Below are positions 45,056 through 55,897 of a stretch of 64,000 nucleotides of DNA, piece by piece (the stretch's first letter is position 1; each line of letters starts with the position of its first letter). A program made the position numbers and the translations under genes. This DNA comes from an uncultured Candidatus Rokubacteria bacterium (GTDB taxonomy: Bacteria; Methylomirabilota; Methylomirabilia; Rokubacteriales; CSP1-6): assembly GCA_963789955.1 (NCBI GenBank), contig CAWBMV010000001.1, forward strand, positions 832,001-896,000, given 5' to 3'. Under the pieces are notes generated by a model. The model saw only the letters and a program-made list of their open reading frames with translations. It did no database searches and was not told where the DNA came from.

Positions 45056-45989
45056 TCTGAAGCAGCATGTCCTCCGGCTTCGGGATCTTCACGGACTGCG
45101 GCAGCGGCGTGTGGGCCCGAATGATCGCGATGGTCTGCTGGAGCTGATCGGCCGAGACCTGGCCGTCCGGCAGATAGAGTCCGCGCGAGGCCGCGAGCCG
45201 CGCTTCGAAGTCGGCGAAGTCGCCGACGACTCGGGTTGGAAGGCGACCGGCCAGATCGCGCGCCTCGGCAGCCTGGATCCGCTGCTCGGCCTTTCTGAGC
45301 GCGCGAATCAGCCCCGCCAGATCGCGATCCGGCGCCCGCCGCTCGGCGCGGGTGAAGACCGCGGCGTTCACCGTGCTCGATCCGAGAATCGAGGCGGCGG
45401 CGCGCGGAGTTCGAAAATCGGCCAGCAGCTTGGCGCGGCCCTGACTCAGGAGCTGACTGGCCGCCGGCTCCGGGACCAGCGCGACGTGGACGTCGCCGGA
45501 GTCGATGGCGGTCACGAGACCGCGCTCGCCGAGGCTTCGCACGCGCACCTGGGCGATGCTCATGCCCGACCGGGCCAGGAGCCAGCCGAACCAGGCGTGC
45601 TCGGGTGCGCCCGGCGTCGTCACTCCCACGCGCATCGCGGACAGGTCCTCGATGGAGCGCACGGCGCTCTCATGCGGGCCGGCGACCAGCAGCGCCACCG
45701 GGGGCGCTGCCGTCAGCCCGAAGATCAGCCTCGGAGACTGAGTCGACGTCGCCCGCAGGCCGAAGCGCAGGATCGCCTCGAGCGTCGTCGCGGCGAGATC
45801 CGCCTGGCCCTGAGCGAGGGCTTCGGCAGCTCCGGACTCAGCCCGCGTGGTCCTGACGGTGACGGCGAGCCCCTCCGCGGCGAAGTAGCCCTCGGCCTCG
45901 GCGACCCGGATCGGAAGGTATTCGGGTGAGGTGGGCGGGCCGCTCACCGCGAGCATCAGGGCCTGGAGCAGGATGATGAGCCCGGGCAT
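45036..45989 (-). CDS. ABC transporter substrate-binding protein (NMT1/SsuA-like)
   Basis: YLP..VA...GYF..EGL.V, SIEDL...RVGV and EP motifs; hydrophobic N-terminus. Confidence 0.8.
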   Translation of the reverse strand: MPGLIILLQALMLAVSGPPTSPEYLPIRVAEAEGYFAAEGLAVTVRTTRAESGAAEALAQGQADLAATTLEAILRFGLRATSTQSPRLIFGLTAAPPVALLVAGPHESAVRSIEDLSAMRVGVTTPGAPEHAWFGWLLARSGMSIAQVRVRSLGERGLVTAIDSGDVHVALVPEPAASQLLSQGRAKLLADFRTPRAAASILGSSTVNAAVFTRAERRAPDRDLAGLIRALRKAEQRIQAAEARDLAGRLPTRVVGDFADFEARLAASRGLYLPDGQVSADQLQQTIAIIRAHTPLPQSVKIPKPEDMLLQIKPSVR

Positions 45990-46701
45990 CAGGTCAGCTC
46001 CGCGGCGCCATGGCCGGACCCCCGGTCCGCCCCGCGATCGGTCCAAGGCGAGGCTCCTGCGGCTCTACACGGCACTGCATCGGCGCTTTGGGCCGCAACG
46101 CTGGTGGCCGAGCCGCTCGCCGTACGAGACCGCGGTGGGCGCCGTCCTCACCCAGCACACCGCGTGGGTCAACGCGGCCCGCGCCATCGCGGCGCTGCGT
46201 GCCCGCCGGCTGCTGACCCCGGCGCGGCTGGCCGCCGTGGAGGCCGGCAGCCTGGCTCAGGTGATTCGCTCGGCCGGCACTCCTCGTGTCAAGGCGCGCC
46301 GGCTTCGCGCGCTGACCCGCTGGATCCTCGAGCGCGTGGGCGGAAGCCTGCGCCGGATGCGGACGATGCCGCTCGAGCCGCTCCGCGCCGAGCTGCTCGA
46401 GATTCCCGGCATCGGTCCCGAGACCGCCGACGCCATCCTGCTCTACTCGGCGGGGCGGCCGGTATTCGTCGCCGACGCGTACGCCCGGCGAGTCCTGGCT
46501 CGTCATCGGCTGATCGATTCGCGTGCGGGGTACGAGGAGGCTCGGCGCTGGCTCGAGGCGCATCTGCCATCCGATCCCGACCTGTTCAACGAGTTTCACG
46601 CGCTGCTCGTGGCCGTGGGCAAGTCGCACTGTCGTTCGCGGCCGCGGTGCGAGGGCTGCGCGCTGCGCTTCGACCTGCGCGGTCGTCGCCCCGCCCCCTA
46701 G
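45973..46701 (+). CDS. Endonuclease III-related HhH-GPD protein (start uncertain)
   Basis: GPQRWWP, GAVLTQ.T.W, GIGPETADAILLY, HALLV..GK..C...P.C..C.L motifs. Confidence 0.88.
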   Translation: MMSPGIRSAPRRHGRTPGPPRDRSKARLLRLYTALHRRFGPQRWWPSRSPYETAVGAVLTQHTAWVNAARAIAALRARRLLTPARLAAVEAGSLAQVIRSAGTPRVKARRLRALTRWILERVGGSLRRMRTMPLEPLRAELLEIPGIGPETADAILLYSAGRPVFVADAYARRVLARHRLIDSRAGYEEARRWLEAHLPSDPDLFNEFHALLVAVGKSHCRSRPRCEGCALRFDLRGRRPAP

Positions 46702-46747
46702 TCGACCGGGACGCCACGCGAGCTTCCGGCGCTCCGGGGGCTCGCGA

Positions 46748-47860
46748 TCATCGGCAGAATTCGGCCAGCACCGCGACGATCCGCTCCGCGGCGTCGGGTA
46801 CGCCGAGCGTGCGCGCGTGCTCGCCCATCTGCTTGAGCCGCGCCGGATCGGACACGAGCGCGCCGAGCTCCTGCTCGAGCCGCTCGGCCGTGAGACTCGA
46901 TTGCGGGAGCACGACGGCGCCGCCGGCACGCTCCACGAGTCGCGCGTTCTCGGTTTGCTCGTCGCCGCTGGTGCCGGGGAGCGGCACGTAGAGCGCGGGC
47001 ACGCCGAGCTGGCAGCACTCGTTCACGGTGCCGGCGCCGGCGCGGGCGATCGCCAGCGCGGCCGCCGCGTAGATCTCGGCGAGCTCCGCGCCCACGTAGG
47101 GCACGACCGTGTAGCGCCGCGCCAGGCTCTCGGGCAGCGCGGCGCGCCGCTCCTCGAGCCACTGCCGGTCGCCGGTCGCGGGATTCTCGCCGCACTGGTG
47201 GATGATCTGAGCGTGCGCCAGGAGCCGGGGAAGCGCCTCACCCACGACCCGGTTGATCCGATGCGCCCCGAGCGCGCCGCCGGTGACGTACACGAGCGGG
47301 ACGGCCGGATCGAGCTGGAAGCGCGCGATGGCGCCGGACCGCGTGCCCGTCCGAAGCTCCGGCCGAAGGGGATTGCCGGTCACGACCACCCGGGAGGCCG
47401 GGAAGCTGCCGGTCTTGTCGGGAAAGGTGACCGCGATGCGCTGTGCGAACCGGGCGCCGATCCGGTTCGCGAGCCCGGGCACCGCCGTCTGCTCGTGGAG
47501 CACGATCGGCACGCGCGAGACGGCCGCCGCGAACATCACCGGTAGCGCGACGAAGCCACCGGTGCCGAAGACGACCTTGGGACGCAGCGCGCGCAGCGCG
47601 CGAACGGCGCCGAGCATCCCCATCGGCACGTTCACGGCGAGATCGCCGACGTTCTGCCACGCCCAGTAGCGCCGGAGCTTTCCGGTGGAGATCGCGACGT
47701 AGGGAATGCCGGTCAGGGGAACGCGCTGGGCTTCGATACCGGAGCGAGAGCCGATCCACGCGCACGGGATCGAGCGCTCACGCAGGAGGGCCGCCACCGC
47801 GAGGCCCGGGCTCGTGTGCCCCCCGGTGCCGCCGCCCGCGATGACGACGTCGGCGGTCAC
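46748..47860 (-). CDS. murG: MurG N-acetylglucosaminyltransferase
   Basis: GGGTGGH, GTGGFV, HEQ..PGLAN, GNPLR and RAGAGT motifs; GTGA-coupled to ddl. Confidence 0.95.
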   Translation of the reverse strand: MTADVVIAGGGTGGHTSPGLAVAALLRERSIPCAWIGSRSGIEAQRVPLTGIPYVAISTGKLRRYWAWQNVGDLAVNVPMGMLGAVRALRALRPKVVFGTGGFVALPVMFAAAVSRVPIVLHEQTAVPGLANRIGARFAQRIAVTFPDKTGSFPASRVVVTGNPLRPELRTGTRSGAIARFQLDPAVPLVYVTGGALGAHRINRVVGEALPRLLAHAQIIHQCGENPATGDRQWLEERRAALPESLARRYTVVPYVGAELAEIYAAAALAIARAGAGTVNECCQLGVPALYVPLPGTSGDEQTENARLVERAGGAVVLPQSSLTAERLEQELGALVSDPARLKQMGEHARTLGVPDAAERIVAVLAEFCR

Positions 47861-48987
47861 CCGGTTCCCTTGCTCTGGTGTCGCTCGAGGGCGAGCTCGA
47901 TCAGGCGGTCGACCAGCTCGGTGTAGCCGAGTCCGGAAGCCGCCCACATCTTGGCGTAGGCGCTCGTCGCCGTGAACCCGGGGATCGTGTTGATCTCGTT
48001 GACCAGCACGCGGCCGCGGTCGCGCTCCACGAAGAAGTCGACGCGTGCCATGCCGGAGCAGTCGATCGCGCGGAACGCCGCGACCGCGAGCTCCTGGAGC
48101 CGCTTGGTCGTCTCGGGCGGGACGGGGGCTGGGATGGTCAGGCGCGATTGGCCCTCGAGGTACTTCGTCGAGTAGTCGTACCATTCGGCGTCGAAGGAGA
48201 TCTCACCGGGCAGCGACGCGATCGGCTCCTCGTTGCCGAGCACGCTGACCTCGATCTCGCGCGCGTTCACCGCACGCTCGATGATGATCTTGCGGTCGTG
48301 CCGCGCGGCGAGGTCCATCGCGGCGGCGAGCGCGCCGCGGTTCGCTACCTTGCTGATCCCGACGCTCGAGCCCAGGTTCACCGGCTTGACGAAGCACGGG
48401 AAGCCGACGGTGTCGGCGACGCGCGCGGTGACCCGGTCGGGGGCCTGGCGCCACTCGTGTCGGGTCACGACGAGGTGCTCGACGATCGGCAGGCCGTGGG
48501 CCTGGAACACGGCCTTCATCGTGGCCTTGTCCATGCCGACGGCGGAAGCGAGGACCCCGGCGCCCACGTACGGAACGTCGGCGAGCTCGAAGAGGCCCTG
48601 GATCGTGCCGTCCTCGCCGTACGGGCCGTGCAGCATGATCACGACGACGTCGAGGCCCTGGCGGAGCTCGAGCGGGAGGCTTCCCGCGGGCTCGGTGCGG
48701 GCGAGCCCTTCGATCGCCGCGCTCTCCACGGCTTCGGCGCGGTTCGCGAGCGCCTTCTTCACGGCGCCGTCGGCATCGTTCGACGGGAGCGCGACGCGCG
48801 CCTCGGCGGCCAGCGCGCGCAGGGGCTCGCCGCCGACGACCCAGCGTCCATTGCGGGCGATACCGATGGGGACGACCGTGTGGCCGCGCTCTTCGAGGGC
48901 GGCGATGACCGAGGCCGCGGAGGCGAGCGACACCTCGTGCTCACCAGAGCGCCCACCAAAGACCACGCCCACACGCAGGCGAGGCAT
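47857..48987 (-). CDS. ddl: D-alanine--D-alanine ligase
   Basis: GGRSGEHEVS, HGPYGEDG, GSSVG and NEINTIPG motifs. Confidence 0.96.
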   Translation of the reverse strand: MPRLRVGVVFGGRSGEHEVSLASAASVIAALEERGHTVVPIGIARNGRWVVGGEPLRALAAEARVALPSNDADGAVKKALANRAEAVESAAIEGLARTEPAGSLPLELRQGLDVVVIMLHGPYGEDGTIQGLFELADVPYVGAGVLASAVGMDKATMKAVFQAHGLPIVEHLVVTRHEWRQAPDRVTARVADTVGFPCFVKPVNLGSSVGISKVANRGALAAAMDLAARHDRKIIIERAVNAREIEVSVLGNEEPIASLPGEISFDAEWYDYSTKYLEGQSRLTIPAPVPPETTKRLQELAVAAFRAIDCSGMARVDFFVERDRGRVLVNEINTIPGFTATSAYAKMWAASGLGYTELVDRLIELALERHQSKGTG

Positions 48988-49032
48988 ACCAGCCATTCTA
49001 GCAGCAGAGGCCGGGCGGCCCGCCGAACCGGA

Positions 49033-49479
49033 TCAGGTCGGTCCGGTCGCGATGAGGATGGCCTTGGCGATGAGGCCGACGAACTCCCAGGCGGGCCCGG
49101 TCCAGTAGGCGCGGGCGAGCCAGATGCCGATAGAAACGCCTACATACGCGATGGCCAGGAAGACATAGTCCGGCACCTCCCGTAGCGGCAGGACCGCCCT
49201 GAGGATGCCGGCGCCGATCGCGCCGAGGAAGGCGATGATACCGAGCGCGGCCGCGATCGCCAGCGGCGACAGCAGGACGAACATGAACGAGGTGACGATG
49301 GCTTCGCCGCGGCCGATCGGCGTCGCGAACCGCTCGCGCACGGCCGGCTGATCGGCGAGCCGCTCGAGGGCCTGGGCGACCTTGCCCCAGCTGATGAACC
49401 CTGAATACGACGCGAGGAAGAGGACGCAGGCCCCGAGGAAGATCCAGTGGCGCCGCTTGAGGAGATTGAGCGGCCACAT
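49033..49479 (-). CDS. Hypothetical membrane protein
   Basis: Several hydrophobic helices; fits between rarA and ddl. Confidence 0.7.
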   Translation of the reverse strand: MWPLNLLKRRHWIFLGACVLFLASYSGFISWGKVAQALERLADQPAVRERFATPIGRGEAIVTSFMFVLLSPLAIAAALGIIAFLGAIGAGILRAVLPLREVPDYVFLAIAYVGVSIGIWLARAYWTGPAWEFVGLIAKAILIATGPT

Positions 49480-49482
49480 GGC

Positions 49483-50833
49483 CTATACCCTAGGGCGTTG
49501 CCGCTCCGAGCGCCAGCGTCTCCACTCGGCGAGCCGGCGTCCGAGCTCGGCTTCGAGCCCGCGGTCGGTCGGGCGATAGTACTGCCGCCCCCGCAGCGAC
49601 TCCGGCAGATCCTCCTGGCTCACGCGTGCGTCCGGCGCGTCGTGGGCGTACTGGTAGCCCGCGCCGTAGCCAACGTCCTTCATGAGCCGTGTCGGCGCGT
49701 TGCGGATGTGGAGCGGCACCGGCTCGGCCGGCCGCTGGGCCACGTCCTCTTTCGCCTCGTTGTGGGCGACGTACACGGCGTTCGACTTCGGCGCGAGCGC
49801 CAGATAGAGCGTCGCCTGGGCGAGCGCCAGCTCGCCCTCGGGATCGCCGAGGAAGTCGTACGCCTCCTTCGCGGCGAGCGTCAGGCTGAGCGCGCCGGGG
49901 TCGGCGTTGCCGACGTCCTCGGACGCGAAGCGCACGAGTCGGCGCGCGATATAGAGACGGTCCTCGCCGGCCTCGAGCATCCGTGTGAGCCAGTACAGCG
50001 AGGCGTCGGGATCCGAATCGCGCAGCGATTTGTGGAGCGCCGAGATCAGGTTGTAGTGCTCTTCGCCCGACTTGTCGTAGAGCAGGGTCCGCCGCTGCGC
50101 CGCTTCGCGGATCGTCGTGTCGGTGATCCGACGCGGCCCGCCGCCGGACGGCGTCAGCGCGACGGCCACCTCGAGCACGTTCAGCGCGACCCGCGCGTCG
50201 CCGTTGGCCACGCGCGCGATCGAGCGCAGCCCTTCGTCGGTGACCTCCGGGCGCAACGACGCGAGGCCGCGCGCGCCGTCGGCGAGCGCCCGGCGCATGA
50301 TCGCGAGCAGATCGTCGTCCTCGAGCGCCCTGCAGGACATAGACCCGGCAGCGCGACAGGAGCGCCGAGTTCACCTCGAACGACGGATTTTCGGTCGTGG
50401 CGCCCACCAGGACGACCGTTCCCTTCTCCACGTGCGGCAGGAAGGCGTCCTGCTGGGCGCGGTTGAAGCGATGGATCTCGTCGACGAAGAGGATCGTGCG
50501 GATCCCGCGCCGGGCCCCTTCGCGCTCCGCCTCGGCGATCACCTCGCGGATCTCCTTGACGCCGGACAGGACCGCCGAGAACGCGACGAAGCGCGCGCCG
50601 GTCACGCTCGCCATCAGGGACGCGAGGGTCGTCTTCCCCGAGCCCGGCGGGCCCCAGAGGATCATCGAGTGGAGCTCGCCGGTCTCGATCGCGGCCCGCA
50701 GCACGCGGCCCGGCCCCAGCAGGTGCTCCTGGCCGACGATCTCGTCGAGCGAGCGCGGCCGCATCCGGTCGGCGAGCGGCGCCGGCGGCCGCGGCGCGCC
50801 CGTGCCCCGGTCGGACTCGGCGAAGAGCTCCAC
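49483..50833 (-). CDS. rarA: Replication-associated recombination protein A (frameshift ~50340)
   Basis: [47 protein letters not shown] and PKSN motifs. Confidence 0.95.
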
Positions 50834-50834
50834 G

Positions 50835-51500
50835 TCAGGGTCGTCCGTTGCGCTGCGCGGCAAGCCAGGCCGGGAGAAGTGCCAGATCCGCGAGGTGGAC
50901 GATCGGCGTCACCTGCCAGCGGTCGAGATCTTCCTGCCGGGCCCGGTAGGCGATGAAGGACACGCCCGCCTTGGCGGCGGCGACGCCGTCGACCCACGAG
51001 TCGCCCACCACGACCGCGTCGCGCGGATTGCCGGCGCCGTTCGCCAGCTTGCCAAAGTGCTCCGCGATCACCCGCCACCCGTCGGGATCGGGCTTCAGCG
51101 CGCGCATGTCGTCACGGGTGACGACCAGGTCGAGCTCGTCGGCCAGACCCAGCCGGGCGAGCGCCGGCACGGTGAGCTCCCGGGCGTTGTTGGTCCAGAT
51201 CGCGGTCGCGAAGCCGCTGCGACGAGCCCCCACCACCGCGGCGAGCGCGCCGGGCTCGAGGGCGGCGACCTCCATGGCCCGGCGCTCGTGGTCCAGCGCG
51301 ACCTCCCAGACGGCAGCTTCGAGCGCCGGCGCCCGGGTCTGGCAGTGCGCGATCAGCTCGCCCACGCGATAGCGCTCCTTGCGGGTCGGCAGGGGGCCGT
51401 GTGTCCGCTCGATGAGCGTACGCATGTCGATGGCCATGGCGGCGAGGTCGAGCGGGGTCTGGATGAGGGTGTGATCGAGATCGAACACGCACAGAGCCAC
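50835..51500 (-). CDS. HAD family hydrolase
   Basis: FDLDHTL (motif I), TNN, KPDP and VGDS..D motifs. Confidence 0.9.
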   Translation of the reverse strand: MALCVFDLDHTLIQTPLDLAAMAIDMRTLIERTHGPLPTRKERYRVGELIAHCQTRAPALEAAVWEVALDHERRAMEVAALEPGALAAVVGARRSGFATAIWTNNARELTVPALARLGLADELDLVVTRDDMRALKPDPDGWRVIAEHFGKLANGAGNPRDAVVVGDSWVDGVAAAKAGVSFIAYRARQEDLDRWQVTPIVHLADLALLPAWLAAQRNGRP

Positions 51501-51541
51501 GCTGAGACCGTACCACAGGCGTGCTACCATGAGTTGTCATC

Positions 51542-52921
51542 ATGACGCGCCGCCTGCTTTCTATCTCGGCGTTGGCGTCGATTCTACTGGCTGGCCTTCC
51601 TGCGTCGCCCGCGCTCGCCCTCGACGAGGCCGACCGACTCTGGCTCGTGGGCGACCGGGCGTTCGCCGACGGCCTGTATCCGGTCGCACGCCGCGTCCTG
51701 GATCGCTTCGTCATCGAGTACCCGAACGACACGCGGGTCGCTCCGGCCATGCTGCTCCTCGGCCGGTCGCGGCTCGCGCTCGGCGAGCCCGAGAAAGCGC
51801 TCGACGCGTTCCGTCGCCTCCGCGCGATCGCGACGCTTGCCGGCACAGCAGCTCGAAGGCCGCTTCTGGGAAGCCGAGTCGCTCTATCGCCTGAAGCAGT
51901 TCGCCGCAGCGCGCTCAGCCTACGACGATGTGCTCAGCAAGGACGCCTCCTCGGCAACTCGCGCCCGAGGCGCTCTATGGTCTCGGCCTGTGCGAGCTCG
52001 AGCTGCGCAGGCCGGAGCCGGCGATCAAGGCCTTCCGCGACCTGCTGACCTCGTGGCCCGAGCACTCGACGGCGGCGTCGGCGACCTTCTATCTGGCTCA
52101 GACGCTCGCCGAACAGAAGCGCTATGCCGAGGCCGTGCCGCTGCTGACCCCGTTCGCCACGAAGTATCCCAAAGAGCAAGCTCGTCCCCGACGCGCAGTA
52201 CCTGCTCGGATCGACGCGGCTGACGATGGGCGAGCGCGACGCGGGTGTCGCCGAGCTCCAGGCGTTCATCGCGGCCTACCCGGGCCATCCGCAGGTGGCG
52301 GCCGCCCGACGAAAGACCACCGAGACGATCGCCAAGGCCGGCACGCCCGCCCAGCAAAAAGGCGCGCACTCGCAGCTGATGCAGCAGCCGTCGGCGACCG
52401 CCGAATCGCTCTACGACGCGGGCGTGATCGCGGGCAAGGCCGGCCAGGTCAAGGACCAGCAGGTCGCCTGGGGACGGCTCCGGAAGGAATACCCGAATCA
52501 CCCGCTGGCGTACCAGGCGGCCTACGACTTGGCCGAGACGGCCTTCAAGAAGAAGGAATGGACCCAGGCGGCCGCGCAGGCCAAGGCGGCTGCGTCGAGT
52601 GAAGACGAGGCCGTCCGCGCCCGCGCGCTCTTGCTCGAGGGCGAGTCGGAGCTCAAGCTCAGCCGTTTCAAGGAGGCCGCGAAGTCGTTCGAGGCAGTCG
52701 CCCACGTGAAGAACGTCGAAGCCGGGGATCGATACCGCGCGCTGGCCGGGCTCGGCCTCGCCAGAGAGCAGCTCGGAGAGATTCGTGCCGCCCTCGCGGC
52801 CTACGACGCGGTCGCCAGCAAGAGCCCAGACGCGAAACTGCGCGACTGGGCGCGGGACCGGGCGGCGGTGGTCAGGGCGCAGCCCGCCAAGCCGGCCACG
52901 GGTGGCGAGAAGAAGTCGTGA
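51542..52921 (+). CDS. Exported TPR protein (frameshifts ~51840, ~51955, ~52180)
   Basis: Signal peptide followed by CpoB/BamD-like TPR helices (YP...AP.A..LG) across ORF pieces. Confidence 0.8.
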
Positions 52922-55897
52922 CGCGCCAGCTTTCAGCGCTCGTGATGATCGCCGCGCTGGTCGCGTTGCCGGGGACGGCGCAGGCTGCGACGGTGTTGCC
53001 GCTGACGCCGCCGCCGCCGGACATCGCGCAGCTCGTCCCGTTCGCCGAGGCGCCGATCGAGAAGCCTTCGATCGCGGTCGCCGACCTGCCGTTGCCGCCG
53101 TCGCCCTCGGAGCTGCCGGCGCTGCCGCTGGCGCCGATCGTCGCGCCGGCTGCGCCCAAGCCCACGGCGACCAACACGTCCACGGGGACGCTCGCGTGCG
53201 TCGGCGCCGCCTTCGGGATCGCGTCGAAGGCGCTCGAGTGCGGCCGCTCGCACTTCGCCAAGGGCGAGTTCGACGACGCCGTCCAGGACCTCGAGGCCGC
53301 CGTCCGTCACGGCAAGGAGCGTGACTTCCTGACCGAGGCGCGCTACTGGCTCGCCGAGACCTACTACCGGCTCGATCGGTTCCAGCAGGCCGATGCGCTG
53401 TTCCGGCAGGTGGCCCGCGGGCCGCGCACCGCCGAGTTCACGGTCTGGAGCCAGCACTCGAGCGGCTGGACCGCGCTCCGGCTCAACGACATGAACCGCG
53501 CGCGCGACACGTTCGCCCAGTTTCAGTCCGCGACACCGCCCGAGCTCGAGGCCTGGGCGCGCCACGGACTGGGGCTCGCCAACTACTCGCTCGGACGGCA
53601 CGACGATGCGGTGGCCGCGTGGACGGCGCTCGCGTCGCGCGCGCCCGCCTCGCTCGCGCGCGACGTCTCGTTCTGGCTCGGGGAAGCGCTCGGGCGCATC
53701 GGGCAGTACGACCGCGCGATCACCACGCTCACCCAGTTCGTGCAGGGCGGACCGCATCCGCTACTCGACTCGGGCCGGGCGCGGCTCGGGTGGTGGAGCG
53801 TCGCCGCCGGGCGCAATCCGGAGAGCGTGGCGGCGTTTCGCGCGTATCTCACGTCGCCGAGGGCCACTGGTCCGGAGCGCCCCTGGGTCGAGGCCGGCCT
53901 CGCGCTGGCGCTGTTTCCATCCGATCCCGACGCGGCGCGCGGGATGCTGCGCGGTCTCGAAGGGCGTCGCTCGCCGCTCGTCGTTCCGCTCCAGATCCGG
54001 TTGACGCGGGCCATGATCGACGCGAAGAAGCCGGCGGAGATCCCGGCGCTCACGCAGGATCTCCTGAGCGCCACGCTCACGAACGCGATCCGCGCGCACG
54101 TGCTCTTGCTGAAGGGCGAGGGCTACCGGCTCGCCGGCAATCGCGACGAAGCGCGCACGCAGTACGAGCTCTCGCAGCGCATGGAGCCGACGAGCCCGAC
54201 GGGCTGGTACGCCGCGTATCGTCTGGCGCAGTCGAACTTCGAGCTGCGCGAGTACGCGCAGGCCGCGCGAGATCTTTCCGCCGTCGTGTCCGCTGCGCCG
54301 ACGCCCGACGCGCGCGTCGCCGCGCTCCTGCTGCGGGGCGACGCTGCCTACTACGCCGGCGATCACGTGACGGCGGCGGCCGCGTTCCGGCGCGTGCTCA
54401 CCGACGTTCCCGGGCATGCGCAGGCGCCGGCCGCGCGGCTCGGGCTCGCGTGGTCTCTCATGCGTCACGACCGGCTCGAGGACGCGCGCAAGGAGTTTCT
54501 CGAGTTCGCCCAGGCGATGCCGGGAGATCCTCGCTCGCCGGACGCGCTCGAGCTCGCCTCGGAGCTGGCATTGCGGCGGGACGCCGATCGCGAGGAAGCC
54601 CGCCAGCTCCTCGACCGGGTCATCAACACCTTTCCGAGCGCACCGCGAACCGACTTCGCGCGGCTCAACCGGGCGATCCTCATGCTGCGGATGGGCGACG
54701 CGACCGGCGCCGAAGCCCCGCTTCGCGACTGGATCAGACGGGCGCCGTTTCCGCCGCTCATCGGCCGGGCGCAGGCGGCACTCGGCGCCGCGGTCCTGGC
54801 CGCCGGGCGACCGACTGAAGCGGGGACGGCGTTCAAAAAGGCGCAGGCCGAGGGTGTCGGGCCGCTGGCCCAGCTCGGTCTCGGTGCTACCGCGCTGGCC
54901 GAGAGCCAGTGGGCCCCGGCGCAGACCAGGTTCACCGAGGCGCGCGACGGCGGTACGGCCGACGTCGCCGCGATCGCGGGCTACGGGCTCGCGGTGGTCG
55001 CCTTCCAGCGCGGCGACGCGAAAGACTTCAAGCAGCCGGCCCAGGCGGCCCTGGCCCAGGCACCCAAGGCGCGCTCGGCTCCGCGACTGCTCTACGTCCT
55101 GACCGCCATCGCCGTCGACGAGAAGGACTGGCCCGGCGCGCTCGCGACCGCGAAGCGGCTCACGTCCGAGTTTCCGTCCGACGAGGCGGCCGATGACGCG
55201 CTCGAGCGCGTCGGCGCCGGCGCCGCGGCGGGTGGCGCATGGCCCACGGTGATCGACGCGTACGGTCTGATGGAGAAGCTCTATCCCAAGAGCCCGTTCC
55301 TCGAGCCCGCCCGCGTGACGGTCGCCGAGGCGCTGGTGGAAACAGGAAAGCCGGAGGCCGGTGCGCCCGATGCTCGAGCAATTCGTCTCGACGTCGCCGA
55401 ACGATCCCCGCGCGCCGCGCGCGTGGGGCGCGCTGGCTCGCGCGCGTGACGCCGCCGGCGATCGCGCCGGCGCGGCCGACGCCTACACGCGGGCGCTGAA
55501 GGACGCGAATCCCGCCGACCTGCGACCGGAGATGGCACTCGGCTACGCGCGGGTGCTCACGCAGGAAAAGCGCTGGCCGGAGGCGCGCAAGCTGCTCGAG
55601 GGCTTGCTGCGAAACAACGACAACAACATCGTCGCGTCCGCCGCGACCGGCATCGGCGAGGCGTATCAGGGCGAAGGCGAGAATCTCGCCGCCGCCGAGT
55701 ATTTCATGACCGCGGCGTACGTCGCGCCCGAGACGCCGGCCGGACGCAGCGGGCTGCTGGGTGCCGGAGCCTGCTTCACCGCGCTCAAGCAGAACGATTC
55801 GGCCGCGGTCGTCTACAACAAGCTCATCGCCCAGAAAGACGCGCCCGCCGACGTCGTCGAGAAGGCCCGTAAGGGACTGAAAGACATCGGGCGGTGA
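52918..55897 (+). CDS. Large exported TPR protein (frameshift ~55360)
   Basis: Signal peptide, Pro-rich linker, many TPRs; GTGA overlaps at both ends. Confidence 0.8.
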